From the NCBI GenBank assembly GCA_963771885.1, contig CAVYVF010000022.1, forward strand, positions 192,001-256,000: a stretch of 64,000 bases of DNA, in the 5' to 3' direction. Shown in pieces: positions 48,473 through 58,699 of the stretch; positions within the stretch are counted from its first letter, which is position 1, and each line of letters opens with the position of its first letter. The notes under the pieces are model-generated. The model was not told the origin of the DNA. It saw only the letters and a program-made list of their open reading frames with translations, and ran no database searches. Source of the DNA: Candidatus Bathyarchaeota archaeon. Lineage in GTDB: Archaea; Thermoproteota; Bathyarchaeia; TCS64. A program made the translations under genes and the position numbers.

Positions 48473-49101
48473 ACTGTAGCCGCTTTCTGCTTCGTCTCGT
48501 GGCTATTCAACATTTCCGGGAGGCGTTGGACGCCTTGGATGACGGGCGGGGCGACTACTGCGAAGATGACCGTATTGGTCACCGTGTGGATGATCGGCGG
48601 CCACGCGTAGTAGAGTGGGACGAAGGTTAGGTAGAGCGACTCGACGAGTGGGAAACCATAGGCGACGGCGAATCCCGCGCTCGAGGCGAGGTCGTAGAAG
48701 AGGGTGAGTGCGAAGCCCATTGCGGCGAGGGAGAGACTGAACCTGCCCCAACCGGCGGGCTTGAGTACGCGAGATGCGAACGCACCCGCCGCACCGAACA
48801 CGCCACCGATAGCCGACATGACGACAAGCAGCAACGGCGAAGTTGTGTAGAGCCACGCCGCTGGGTGTGCAAGTGGGTAGGGTACGAGCATGTAGATGGT
48901 GAGGCTGATTACGCCCACGCTGACGCCGACACCCGCACCGAAGCAGAAGCCAGCGATGAAGATGAGAACGGTCATGAACTCGAAGACCCCGGGTAGACTG
49001 GATGCGGCGAGTCCCCTGCTGTAGGCGACGACTATAGCGAGAGCAGATATAATAGCTATGAGGGCGATCTGCTTTGTATTCACAATGGCTGGATTATCCA
49101 T
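48469..49101 (-). CDS. ECF transporter S-component-like membrane protein
   Basis: TKQIALIAIISALA N-terminus, about 6 TM helices, late HTVTNT motif. Confidence 0.7.
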   Translation of the reverse strand: MDNPAIVNTKQIALIAIISALAIVVAYSRGLAASSLPGVFEFMTVLIFIAGFCFGAGVGVSVGVISLTIYMLVPYPLAHPAAWLYTTSPLLLVVMSAIGGVFGAAGAFASRVLKPAGWGRFSLSLAAMGFALTLFYDLASSAGFAVAYGFPLVESLYLTFVPLYYAWPPIIHTVTNTVIFAVVAPPVIQGVQRLPEMLNSHETKQKAATV

Positions 49102-49158
49102 CCAGTCTTATATGGTTTACCCAAGAGCTTAAGCCCGGAGAACCCAGAAAAGAGACAG

Positions 49159-49761
49159 ATGAGCTTCAAGAACCTCCTGCAACGCGTCGCGGAGAAGACG
49201 AGTCCAGGAAGGACACCCGGGTACGGCGAGGCACAGGCACTCAGGGCACTCGAAATAGCGGCGGAGAAACCGATGGGTAGAGCCGCGCTGGGTAACCGAC
49301 TCGGCGTCGGGGAGGGTGTCGTGAGGACGCTATTGAGGCGCCTCGCCTCAGAGAGGCTCGTCGAGGTATCGACTAAGGGCATCACAGCGTCGGAGAACGG
49401 ACGGAGGATCCTCGATGATGTACATTCCATCATAGTTCGAGGCGCAATCGCGCCTGCAACCGAGGATACCGTAGGAGGACACAACTACGCCCTTCTCGTC
49501 AGAGGCGCGGCACATAAAGTCAGGAAGGGATTGGAACAGAGGGACGCCGCGCTCCTCGCAGGCGCCAGAGGGGCGACCACAATAACGATCAACGGAGGTG
49601 CTGTCCTCATCCCCGGGATGGACAGGAAACCAGCTAAGCCGCTGCTGAATCTCATCGAGGCTCTAGGCGCCGACGAGGGCGACGCCGTCGTAATAGGTAC
49701 CGGCGACACGGAGATAGATGCAGAGACCGGAGCCTACTCCGCAGCCCTTATGCTCGCCTAG
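49159..49761 (+). CDS. Winged-helix protein with DUF4443-like C-terminal domain
   Basis: MGRAALGNRLGVGEGVVRTLL HTH; GLEQRDAALLAGARGATT. Confidence 0.78.
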   Translation: MSFKNLLQRVAEKTSPGRTPGYGEAQALRALEIAAEKPMGRAALGNRLGVGEGVVRTLLRRLASERLVEVSTKGITASENGRRILDDVHSIIVRGAIAPATEDTVGGHNYALLVRGAAHKVRKGLEQRDAALLAGARGATTITINGGAVLIPGMDRKPAKPLLNLIEALGADEGDAVVIGTGDTEIDAETGAYSAALMLA

Positions 49762-51023
49762 TCCTCGACCTTATCAGAGTCCTTGATCTGGGTTATGAAG
49801 AGAATGCCGAGGACGACAACAGCGGCACTGAGCAGAATCCACGGCAGCGAGTTGTTGTACCGGTAGACATAGCCGCTAAGAAGGCTTCCAGCTGTCATGC
49901 TGAGCATTGCTATGACGCCGGTACCCCAGGCGCCTCCCATGAACCAGACGCCTCCGCCACCAACGGCAGCTATCATACGCCCCCTCTTCTCTCTGGGCAC
50001 CATGTCGGCGAACATCGCCTGGAAGCTGGGGTTGAGGAACGTGTTTGGGAGGGTGATGAGGACGCCGAGGGCGAGGACCTGCCAGAAACTCGTCGCGTAG
50101 AGGAAGAGGTAGATGGGTATGGCGCTGAGTATCAGGCAGACGCCAGCGATGAGGCGCTTGCTGTGCCTGTCGACGAAGCCGCCAGCGGGGAGGCTCAGCA
50201 GCACATTCACCGCGCCGTTCACGAGCAACAGTATGCCCCAGTCCGCCGTGGAGAGGCCGATCGTCTCCTTGGCCCTGATGATCCAGAACGGGGAGACGAG
50301 GCTCACGATGAAGGTGCATCCCGCTATGAGGAGGCTAAGCACGAGGAGGCGGCGCGGCGCCTCCCGGACGACGCGTATTATGTCGCCGTACGACTTCAGT
50401 ATTAGGCCGGGGACGGAGCCTACTGTGATCTTCATGCTCTTCCCAGGGTTTGTCTCTTTGAGGAACTTGAGGCGTAGCGTTGCGACGAGTATGGCGACGA
50501 AGAAGCCGGCGAGGTAGAGTCCCTTGACGGCGGTTTTTATTCCTAGGACCTCGATGAGCCAGCCGCCGAGTATAGGGGAGGCAAGGCCGAAAGCGCTCGG
50601 GATGGCCATTGTCGCCGCGAATCCTAGCCCCCTCTTTCCTGGTGGCAGCGAGTCAGCCATCAACGCCTGCATCGCCGGGATGTAAAACGTGATCAAGCTC
50701 TGAGCGAACATGCCTACACCCACCCAGACCCAACTGTCCGTGAAGACGAAGATGAGGAATGTGAGGCTGTAAACGTAGGTCATGTACGCCATGACCTTGA
50801 TTCTACCCTGGTAATCGGCGATGTAGCCACCGAGTGGGTATAAGATGAGTGAGGCGAGGTTTCCGATCGCCATCACTTGCCCGATGGTCTCGTACTCTCC
50901 GCCTAAAGCCATTATATAGAGGGCGAGGAAGGGCCAGATGATGTCGATGCTTATCCGCCAGAGGATGCTGCAGACCGTGAGGGTGAGGACGTTGCCCTTC
51001 ATGAAACTTAAGGAACCTGCCAA
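49758..51023 (-). CDS. MFS transporter
   Basis: About 12 TM helices, GGYIADYQGR, ADSLPPGKRG. Confidence 0.92.
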   Translation of the reverse strand: MAGSLSFMKGNVLTLTVCSILWRISIDIIWPFLALYIMALGGEYETIGQVMAIGNLASLILYPLGGYIADYQGRIKVMAYMTYVYSLTFLIFVFTDSWVWVGVGMFAQSLITFYIPAMQALMADSLPPGKRGLGFAATMAIPSAFGLASPILGGWLIEVLGIKTAVKGLYLAGFFVAILVATLRLKFLKETNPGKSMKITVGSVPGLILKSYGDIIRVVREAPRRLLVLSLLIAGCTFIVSLVSPFWIIRAKETIGLSTADWGILLLVNGAVNVLLSLPAGGFVDRHSKRLIAGVCLILSAIPIYLFLYATSFWQVLALGVLITLPNTFLNPSFQAMFADMVPREKRGRMIAAVGGGGVWFMGGAWGTGVIAMLSMTAGSLLSGYVYRYNNSLPWILLSAAVVVLGILFITQIKDSDKVED

Positions 51024-51115
51024 CGTCCAACCACCTGGAACTAGCCAGCCAGATAGGCTCTCCGCGGTTTAAACGTGGCGGATAAGCTCAAATTGCGACG
51101 CGGTTCTCTTGATGC

Positions 51116-51565
51116 GTGCTCCACTTCGCTTACGGCTCCAATCTCTCCCCGAGCTTCCTCCGCCAGTACTGCCCAACGGCTGTCTTCCAAATGAGGGCCG
51201 AACTCCCCAACTACAGGATCGCCTTTCCCTTCTTCAGCCAGAAGCGGCAAGGCGGCATAAGCAGCATAGTCCACGCCCCCGGTGAACTGACACGGGGCGT
51301 CGTATACGAGATCAGCGAAAAGGAGATGGAGGAGTTCGACGTCGTCGAGAGCGTGCCACAGGGTCTCTACGTTAGGGAAACCTACCTTGTCCTCGGCGAG
51401 GATAGGCGCTGGCACTCAGCCGACCTCTACCGCTGCGCTAAGCCGACTGGGCCGTACGCCCCAGCTCGGAGTTATGTCGAGCTAATGCTCGATGGCGCCG
51501 AGAAACACCAGCTAGACCCCAAGTATGTGCAAGAGCTGCGTTGGCTCATAGCCTCTCTCAACTAG
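51116..51565 (+). CDS. Gamma-glutamylcyclotransferase family protein
   Basis: FAYGSNL, GVVYEI, D..E, P...Y. Confidence 0.9.
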   Translation: MLHFAYGSNLSPSFLRQYCPTAVFQMRAELPNYRIAFPFFSQKRQGGISSIVHAPGELTRGVVYEISEKEMEEFDVVESVPQGLYVRETYLVLGEDRRWHSADLYRCAKPTGPYAPARSYVELMLDGAEKHQLDPKYVQELRWLIASLN

Positions 51566-51570
51566 GCGTG

Positions 51571-52182
51571 ATGCCTATGGGTGACGAGTTCTTTGTCGTC
51601 GCGGCCCTCGGAGACAGCCTGACGCGCGGCTACAGGATGAGAGATCCCTTCGCCGTGGACCCGCGTGTGCCTTACCCCGCCCAGCTCGAAATGTTACTCA
51701 GGGTGAAGCTGGGGAGGATGGTCTTCGTTGTCAACTCTGGAGTGAACGGTGACCTGACCGAGGGCATGATTAAGAGATTCAACGTTGACATCGCATCCGA
51801 GAGGCCGGACGTCATAGTTGTCTGGGGAGGTATAAACGACCTCGGCCACGCTAGGACACCGGAGCACGTCATGGCTAACCTTGCGAAGCTATATGGGATG
51901 TGCACAGAGAACAAAGCGACCCCAATAGCCTGCACACTCGCGCCGACTCGCCACACGAGCACAGCGATGTTGCGACTAAACGACATGATAAAGGCGCACA
52001 CTTCTGAAAAGGGCATCATCCTCGCTGACCTCTACCCCGCCTTCGCTGATGCCGAGGGAAACCTGAGGCAGGAGTACTCGGACGACGGAGTCCACCTCAC
52101 GGTTGAGGGCTACCGCCGCGTCGCTGAGGTCGTCCTAGACGCCCTCACACCCATCCTCCCGAATAAGAGTCCTGACCAGTAG
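51571..52182 (+). CDS. SGNH/GDSL hydrolase
   Basis: LGDSLT, NSGVNG, GGIND, DGVH. Confidence 0.92.
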   Translation: MPMGDEFFVVAALGDSLTRGYRMRDPFAVDPRVPYPAQLEMLLRVKLGRMVFVVNSGVNGDLTEGMIKRFNVDIASERPDVIVVWGGINDLGHARTPEHVMANLAKLYGMCTENKATPIACTLAPTRHTSTAMLRLNDMIKAHTSEKGIILADLYPAFADAEGNLRQEYSDDGVHLTVEGYRRVAEVVLDALTPILPNKSPDQ

Positions 52183-52225
52183 GATTTATAACAAGGTGCC
52201 TCACTAATCTGCTGAGGTTTCAGAT

Positions 52226-52537
52226 TTGACGAAGAAGAGGAGCAGCGGAGGCCATAGCGGTGGCAACAAGGGGAGCTCCGGGTTGGTGCAGTGTAGCATC
52301 TGTGGGGCTCAGGTGCCCCGCGATAAGGCTAAGAGACAGACGAGGTACACGAGCCTCGTCGACTCCCGCCTCCTGAAGGAGCTACAGACACAGGGCTCCA
52401 CAATCCAGCGCACAAAGGTGACAAAGTACTACTGCATCAGCTGTGCAGTACACCGCGGCGTTGTCAAGGTGCGTGGAAAGGAAGAGCGTAAGTTCGTGCC
52501 GAAGCGCCGCAGGACCCGCTCCAGTTCCAGTCTTTAA
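52226..52537 (+). CDS. rps26e: 30S ribosomal protein S26e
   Basis: TKKRSSGG, VQCSICG..VPRDKA, YYCISCAVHRGVVKVR. Confidence 0.95.
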   Translation: MTKKRSSGGHSGGNKGSSGLVQCSICGAQVPRDKAKRQTRYTSLVDSRLLKELQTQGSTIQRTKVTKYYCISCAVHRGVVKVRGKEERKFVPKRRRTRSSSSL

Positions 52538-52565
52538 ACCCGTTCTTTTCCGCTTTTCACTTGGA

Positions 52566-53159
52566 CTACTTCGAGTTCCTGTGAAAGTGCAAGGTTCGCT
52601 GAATCACCGTTAGGTGTGAGATGATCGCTAAGAGTATGACACCGTAGTTTAGGAAGTCAAGCCAGTATACCGCAGCGAAGGTCACGGCCGCCAGTATTAT
52701 CATCCTCTCAGCTCGTTCTGCCAATCCGACCCCCGCCATAGCAACGCCCGATGCCTCGGCTCGGGAACGCGTGTAGCTCACCATCAGCGACCCGATGAGA
52801 GCGGCAAATCCGGCTATTGGATCGCAGAGCCCTCCGAGGGTCACACCGGCAAGCACGAAGGCATCGGCGTACCGATCCGAGACCGAGTCGAAGAATCCAC
52901 CGAACTTGGTCACCTTCCCCGTCGTCCTCGCTATCACGCCGTCGATTGCATCGAGAAGCCCTGAGAGGAGTACGAGCACTCCCGCGGTGATGAGCAGAAG
53001 TGGCGACGAGCCCCAACTGTAATAGCAATAAGCTGAGACAAAAGAGACGAGGAGGCCGAAGAGTGTAACAATGTTGGGCGTTATCCCAGCGTCCGCAAGC
53101 GGCTTGACGCCCGCCGCGACGATCCCCTCGAACCGTTTCTTCAGCTTGCTTGAGACCAA
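52566..53159 (-). CDS. pgsA: CDP-alcohol phosphatidyltransferase (archaetidylinositol phosphate synthase-like)
   Basis: TPN, DAIDGVIAR...FGGFFDSVSDRYAD, SYTRSRAE, ERAER. Confidence 0.9.
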   Translation of the reverse strand: MVSSKLKKRFEGIVAAGVKPLADAGITPNIVTLFGLLVSFVSAYCYYSWGSSPLLLITAGVLVLLSGLLDAIDGVIARTTGKVTKFGGFFDSVSDRYADAFVLAGVTLGGLCDPIAGFAALIGSLMVSYTRSRAEASGVAMAGVGLAERAERMIILAAVTFAAVYWLDFLNYGVILLAIISHLTVIQRTLHFHRNSK

Positions 53160-53339
53160 ACCGCTGAGAACTAAGGCACTGAGGGTATAAGTGTGACGCG
53201 GGGGTGCACCTACAAGTCGTTGCGTTAAACGTGTTAATTAGCACGTATATGTTAAAAGAAAGTTCATATACCGAGCAACCTCGGGTATCAGTATTACCTG
53301 TTTACCCGCTTAGAAGTGAGATCGATGAAAGAAGCCCAC

Positions 53340-54275
53340 ATGGTCGATGATCCCCTAGCCAAGGGGAAGATAGAGGTCGTAAGATACAGCGACGCCGTCA
53401 AAGGTGTCGAGCCCCGCCGTGGCAAGGTACGCGACGTCTACGACCTCGGCAAGGAGATGCTCATAGTTACAACGGACCGGATAAGCGCCTACGACGTCGT
53501 CTTCCCCACACTCATCCCCCACAAAGGAGAGAGCATCAACCGCCTCTCCGAGTTCTGGTTCGGCAAGACGAAGAAGGTTATCCCCAACCACTTCATCAAA
53601 GTCGAGGACGAACGCAGCATGCGCGTCCGCAAGGCAGAGAGGATAGACGTCGAGTTCGTTTGCCGAGCCTACCTATACGGCTCCGCGTGGCGTGCATACC
53701 GCGACGGCGCCCGCACAGTAAGCGGCGTCAAGATCCCCGACGGACTGCACATGGCGGACAAGCTCCCTGAGGTCATACTCACACCGACCACCAAGGCAGA
53801 GGCGGGTCACGACATGGAGATAAGCGGCGAGGAGGCGATCGCCCAAAAACTCGTCACAAAGGACGAGTGGAAGGAGCTAGAGGAGTCCACACTCAAACTC
53901 TTTGCCACCTACCAGAGCCACGCCAAGAGCCGCGGTTTCATCATCCCCGACTTCAAGCTCGAGTTCGGCCGCCTAGACGGCGAGCTCATCCAGATAGACG
54001 AGCCCCCGAGCCACGACTCCGCACGCTTCTGGGCCGAGAAATTCTACGAGCCCGGCAAGCCACAGGAAGCCCATTGCCTCGACAAAGAGTTCCTCCGCGC
54101 CTACCTACGCGAGGTGGACTACATGGGGAATGGCCCCGCCCCCGAGATCCCCGCGCCCGTCGTCAAGCAGGTGTCTATGCGCTGCGTGGCCAGCTACGAG
54201 GTCCTCAGTGGAAAGAAGAGCCTCGGCGACTATGCGCTGAAGAACGTCGATCAGGTTATGAGGGAACTCAAGTGA
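53340..54275 (+). CDS. purC: Phosphoribosylaminoimidazolesuccinocarboxamide synthase
   Basis: GKVRDVY, TDRISAYD, PTTKAE.GHD, DFKLEFG, DKEFLR. Confidence 0.95.
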   Translation: MVDDPLAKGKIEVVRYSDAVKGVEPRRGKVRDVYDLGKEMLIVTTDRISAYDVVFPTLIPHKGESINRLSEFWFGKTKKVIPNHFIKVEDERSMRVRKAERIDVEFVCRAYLYGSAWRAYRDGARTVSGVKIPDGLHMADKLPEVILTPTTKAEAGHDMEISGEEAIAQKLVTKDEWKELEESTLKLFATYQSHAKSRGFIIPDFKLEFGRLDGELIQIDEPPSHDSARFWAEKFYEPGKPQEAHCLDKEFLRAYLREVDYMGNGPAPEIPAPVVKQVSMRCVASYEVLSGKKSLGDYALKNVDQVMRELK

Positions 54276-55719
54276 GCCTTGCGGAGAAGTGTGGCGTCTT
54301 CGGCGCCTATGTGGATGGGGACGTTTTTCCCACCCTTTACTGGGGGATGCTCGCCCAGAACCACAGGGGGCACCAGAGCCACGGCTTCGCCACATGGAAC
54401 GGCCAGATTGACTTCTACACCCAGCTCGGACTCATCCCACCGAACCAGGGATTCGGATACAACATCAAGAAACTAGCCGGCTCAGTCGGTATAGCAAACG
54501 TCCGCTACGCGACATCAGGCAGCCTAGACGTCGGATCTAGACAACGCGACGCCATGCCTATACTCGTCAAGGGCGAGAAAAGGAGCCTCGTAATAAGTTT
54601 CAACGGAAATATTGTGAACGTCCGCGATCTGCAGAAGCGGGTCGGCGTTGACCAGAGCTACTCCGACACCCACGCCTTGGCCCTGCTCATCCTCCAGACA
54701 CTGGAGAAGACGGGAAGCATCGAGGAGGCTGCACGCGCCTGCATGGCGGGGATAGACGGCAGCTTCGCAGTCACCGGCCTCGCCGACGACGGCACGCTCT
54801 TCGCTTTTAAGGACTCGATAGGCGTCAAGCCCCTCTGCTACGGCAAGTCGAACGAGTCCACGCGTTCAGCTCGGAGAGCGTCGGACTCGATATAAATGGC
54901 ATAAAGTTCGACCACGAGTTACGCCCCGGCGAGTTCATGGCCGTCGAGGAGGGTGAGGCGCTCAAGAGGCAACTCGCCACGAGCTCTCGGCGGGCTTTCT
55001 GCGCCTTCGAGTTCGCATACTTCATGCGCCCGGACAGCCGCGTCGACGGGAGATTTGTCTACCAGGCGCGCGTCGACTTCGGCAAGGCGCTCGCACGCGT
55101 CTACGAGGAGAAGGCGAAGAGATGCGACATAGTCGTCAGCCTACCCGAGACGGCGGACGATGCCGCCTACGGCTTCCACGAGGAGGCTGGCATACCCTGG
55201 GAGCGCGCCACGAGGCGTCACCGCTACGTCACCCAGCGCGCTTTCATAACGGATGCCGAGGATAGGAAGAGCGTCATCTTCAGGAAGGTCAACATTCTGG
55301 AGCCACTCATCAAGGGCAAGAGCCTAGCCGTCGTCGACGATAGTATAGTCCGCGGCGACACGACGAAGGGCACCGTCAAGAGGCTGCGTGCTGCCGGGGC
55401 GAAGGAGATTCACCTCTTCATAACCTACCCCAGAATCATTGGGCCCTGCTTCTACGGGATCGACATGGCGACTTACTCGCAGCTCATAGGCGCACGCATG
55501 ACCCCAGAGGAGATCGCGAAGGATGTGGGCGCGGATAGCGTCAACTACCTTGGCATCGACGACTACATCGCCTGCACGGGCTTCTCGAAGGCCCAGCTCT
55601 GCCTAGGCTGTATAACGAATGGCTACCCTACGCCAATGGCGGACTCCCTCGCAAAGCAGATGTGGGAGCGTGTCAAGCAGGGCGGCTCCGAGAAAGGGCG
55701 TATCTACGAGTCGGTCTAG
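54272..55719 (+). CDS. purF: Amidophosphoribosyltransferase (indel near 54854)
   Basis: GTG overlaps the purC stop; EK|CGVFG, QNHRG, VRYAT, FNGNI; then CAFEFAYF.RPDS, VDDSIVRGDT, PCFYGID, CLGC. Confidence 0.93.
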
Positions 55720-56534
55720 GCGCTACTCTTGAGCGTCCTGTAAGTGTCGAAGGCAGCCCTCGAAATCATGTGCGCCAGCATCGACCTGTATACCCACGAC
55801 TCAGGGTTCTGCTCGTAGTACTCCTTCACGTCGACGCGCCTCCCGTCGGGGAGTGTCATCTCCTCGCGCTTGAGCCGCGTCTCCCACTCCAGCCCCTCAA
55901 CCTCAGCGTAGTCGATCTTCAGGTTCGACTTGCAGAGGAGGATCGTCGGCCACTCAGAGTCTGAGTCGAAGAAGCGCCCTTTAGAGTAACGGAGGATGAC
56001 CTCCGCTGCCTCACTAGAGATGCCACGGGATGCGGCGGTGATGTCAACGTTTTTCCTGTAGATGAGTGAGAATACCCTGTTCGCTATCGCCTCGGTTTCT
56101 ATCTGGTTCCGGGGGTGAGTCAGGAAAGCCCTGGGGGTCCTGCCTAGGATCATGAAGTCATTCAAGGAAATACGCGCCACAGTCTCGCGCAACTCACTAG
56201 GGAAATTCGACGCCCAGTGCAGCACCCGATCCATGTCAACAATATGGAAGTGACTTGTACTGCCGTTCAGCCCCGCCCTGAGCACCCTGCGGCGCGAGTC
56301 TGAGATATAGTCGACGCCAATATTGCTCTTGGGCGCGACGAGAACCCAGCCTGACGTTTCGAGGGCATCAACCACTTTCGGGCTCGTCATCTTGGTCACG
56401 ACAACAAGTCGCCGGTCGTAGAGTTCCCCGAGGAGCTGCGCCTGCTCATTGAGAGGGGCTATACTCCACCCGACCGAGTCGTGGAGCGTCGAGACGAGGG
56501 TGACGCGGGGCATGCTGTAAGAGGACGGAGCCAC
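55716..56534 (-). CDS. Hypothetical protein, possible GT-A-like fold
   Basis: 272-aa ORF; TLHD, DMDR, GRTPRAFLTHP..Q..TE, EW, EGLEWET. Confidence 0.6.
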   Translation of the reverse strand: MAPSSYSMPRVTLVSTLHDSVGWSIAPLNEQAQLLGELYDRRLVVVTKMTSPKVVDALETSGWVLVAPKSNIGVDYISDSRRRVLRAGLNGSTSHFHIVDMDRVLHWASNFPSELRETVARISLNDFMILGRTPRAFLTHPRNQIETEAIANRVFSLIYRKNVDITAASRGISSEAAEVILRYSKGRFFDSDSEWPTILLCKSNLKIDYAEVEGLEWETRLKREEMTLPDGRRVDVKEYYEQNPESWVYRSMLAHMISRAAFDTYRTLKSSA

Positions 56535-56544
56535 AAATTTATCT

Positions 56545-56739
56545 CTACACGCTTGTGCTGAGCCACATCAGTGCTAAGCCGATGACAGCGAGCACGGTCC
56601 CGACGACACGCCTGTTCTTCTGAAGGAACTCCACTTGACCGAGCATCTCCCTCATGAAGGGGGAGTTGGTGGCGAGGACGACGCCGATGAGGGCTAAGAA
56701 GAAGCCGATTGGAAGCAGAAACTGGCCGAAGGCACTCAT
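56545..56739 (-). CDS. Small two-TM hypothetical protein
   Basis: 64 aa, two hydrophobic segments, co-oriented with its neighbours. Confidence 0.6.
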   Translation of the reverse strand: MSAFGQFLLPIGFFLALIGVVLATNSPFMREMLGQVEFLQKNRRVVGTVLAVIGLALMWLSTSV

Positions 56740-56781
56740 GACGATATACTACGCAGTACACCCCGGATAAGGGTTCCCCGC

Positions 56782-58047
56782 CTACTCCTCGGGCTTGGCG
56801 GGGTCCTTAACGAGCAGGATAAACAGCAAGCCAATCACCAGCATCGCCCCAGCGAGGATAAGCCAAGGGAGTGATGTGTCGAAGCCGTACACATACCCAC
56901 TCAGGAACGCCCCGATGGTAAGGAAGGTCTTCGAGAGTATGCTGTTTGCCATAACGTTCCTCATCATGTGCAGGCCCCCTCCACCGACGAGGGCCATCGC
57001 CCTCCCCCTCACGCTTCTGGGGGTAAGATCGGCGAAGAGGCTCCTCAGTGACGGATTGAGGAAGGAGTCCACAACTGCCCCCGCGAATGCAAGAACGAGC
57101 ACCTCGGTATAAGAGGATGCTACGAGGAACATGAACGATATAGTGCCCCCCGAGATAATGCAGATACCCGCAACCAGTTTCTTAGACATCCGGTCAACAA
57201 GTTGCCCCGCAGGTATCCCGAGCACGACGCCCACTACCCCTGAAAGCATGATCACCGTTGCCCACTCGCCTAAGCTCAGCCCGATGATCTGCGTAGCCCT
57301 GATGATCCAGAAGCTATTCGCGAACGAGGCGGAGAAGACGAGAGCGGTAACGAGGATCGACACGATCCAGAGCTCCCTCGTGATCCCAGACAATGTCGTA
57401 AAGACGCCCTTATATGAGTCGACGAGCAGGCGGGCGATGCCCCGCGGCGACGTGTCGAGCCTCTTAGGGTCAGTTAGTGTCTCCTTGAGGAACCTCAGCC
57501 TGAAGAGGGCGAGGGCCGAGGCGATTATGAAAGAGCTGAAGTACAGGCCCCTCATCGCGGTCCGCATGCCGAGCACCCCGATGAAGAACGCGCCTGCCAG
57601 CGGCGCGATGAGGCCGAAGGCAGCGGGAACGGACTCTATGACGGCGAAGCCGAGTCCCCGGTGCCGCGGCGGAATAGAGTCCGCCATAAGCGCCTGTATC
57701 GCTGGCCAGTAGAAGGTAGTCAGGTTCTGAAGGAACATGCCGAGGGCGAGCCACTGCCACGAGTCACCGAGACCCGTCACGAGGAACGCGAAGGCGTACA
57801 TGAAGGTCATGTAGCCGATAAGCTTGATCCGCCCCTGGTAATCGGCGATGTACCCGCCGAGAGGGTAGAGGAGCATGCTCGCGAGACTCGCCCCAGACAT
57901 GATGTACCCGATCGTCTGGTAATTGCCGCCCAGTTCCAGCACGTAGAGGCTGACGAAGGGCACAACAATGTCAACTGTTGACCTCCAGACGCACTCACAC
58001 ACCGTCATAATGAGGGCGTTTCCCTTGAGGAACTCGGGCAGTTTCAT
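56782..58047 (-). CDS. MFS transporter (paralog of 49758-51023)
   Basis: Start MKLPEFLKGN; LYPLGGYIADYQGRIK identical to the other MFS; about 12 TM helices. Confidence 0.92.
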   Translation of the reverse strand: MKLPEFLKGNALIMTVCECVWRSTVDIVVPFVSLYVLELGGNYQTIGYIMSGASLASMLLYPLGGYIADYQGRIKLIGYMTFMYAFAFLVTGLGDSWQWLALGMFLQNLTTFYWPAIQALMADSIPPRHRGLGFAVIESVPAAFGLIAPLAGAFFIGVLGMRTAMRGLYFSSFIIASALALFRLRFLKETLTDPKRLDTSPRGIARLLVDSYKGVFTTLSGITRELWIVSILVTALVFSASFANSFWIIRATQIIGLSLGEWATVIMLSGVVGVVLGIPAGQLVDRMSKKLVAGICIISGGTISFMFLVASSYTEVLVLAFAGAVVDSFLNPSLRSLFADLTPRSVRGRAMALVGGGGLHMMRNVMANSILSKTFLTIGAFLSGYVYGFDTSLPWLILAGAMLVIGLLFILLVKDPAKPEE

Positions 58048-58143
58048 GGGGGCAACCTGACGAAACGATTGAGGCACGCCAACGCAATATAACATCTCCC
58101 CCGCGGAGCTACTTTCATAAGCTGACCAGGGGGATTCTAAGCC

Positions 58144-58584
58144 ATGCCAAAGGTCGCCATAATCGTCGGCAGCGACTCGGATAAGGAGCTGAGCGAGGCA
58201 GCCGCCACCATCCTGAAGGAGTTCGAAGTCGATTACGAGCAGAAGACCCTCTCCGCCCACAGGAACCCGAAAGCCCTCGCCGAGTACGTCGAGGGCACCG
58301 ACGCACAGGCATTCATCTGCATCGCGGGCCTCGCCGCTGCCCTCCCCGGGGTCGTCGCCGCGCAGACCATCAAACCTGTTATCGGCGTCCCAAAGGAGGT
58401 CAAACTCGGAGGCATGGACTCCTTGCTAAGTATAGTACAGATGCCAACGGGCGTCCCAGTGGCCACGGTCGGGATAGATGGCGCTAAGAACGCTGCGCTC
58501 CTCGCCGTCGAGATACTCGCCATATCCGATAAGAAGCTGAGCGACCGCCTCAAAGAATACAGGCACAAACGTGCATCCGCGTAG
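58144..58584 (+). CDS. purE: N5-carboxyaminoimidazole ribonucleotide mutase
   Basis: [37 protein letters not shown]. Confidence 0.96.
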   Translation: MPKVAIIVGSDSDKELSEAAATILKEFEVDYEQKTLSAHRNPKALAEYVEGTDAQAFICIAGLAAALPGVVAAQTIKPVIGVPKEVKLGGMDSLLSIVQMPTGVPVATVGIDGAKNAALLAVEILAISDKKLSDRLKEYRHKRASA

Positions 58585-58699
58585 AATATTGCTGAGCGAC
58601 AAGCAAATGCCCTAAATAAACGTCAAGATTACTCTTTTCCTACCAAAACTGAGGTATAGACCTAGGAAAATGACGTAGATAAAGGAAAAACGGTGAAGA

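Noticed and set aside
53867..54895. 342-aa ORF as PurF with a long N-terminal extension
   Set aside because: The extension is an off-frame overlap of purC; the real start is GTG 54272, just before the CGVFG nucleophile.
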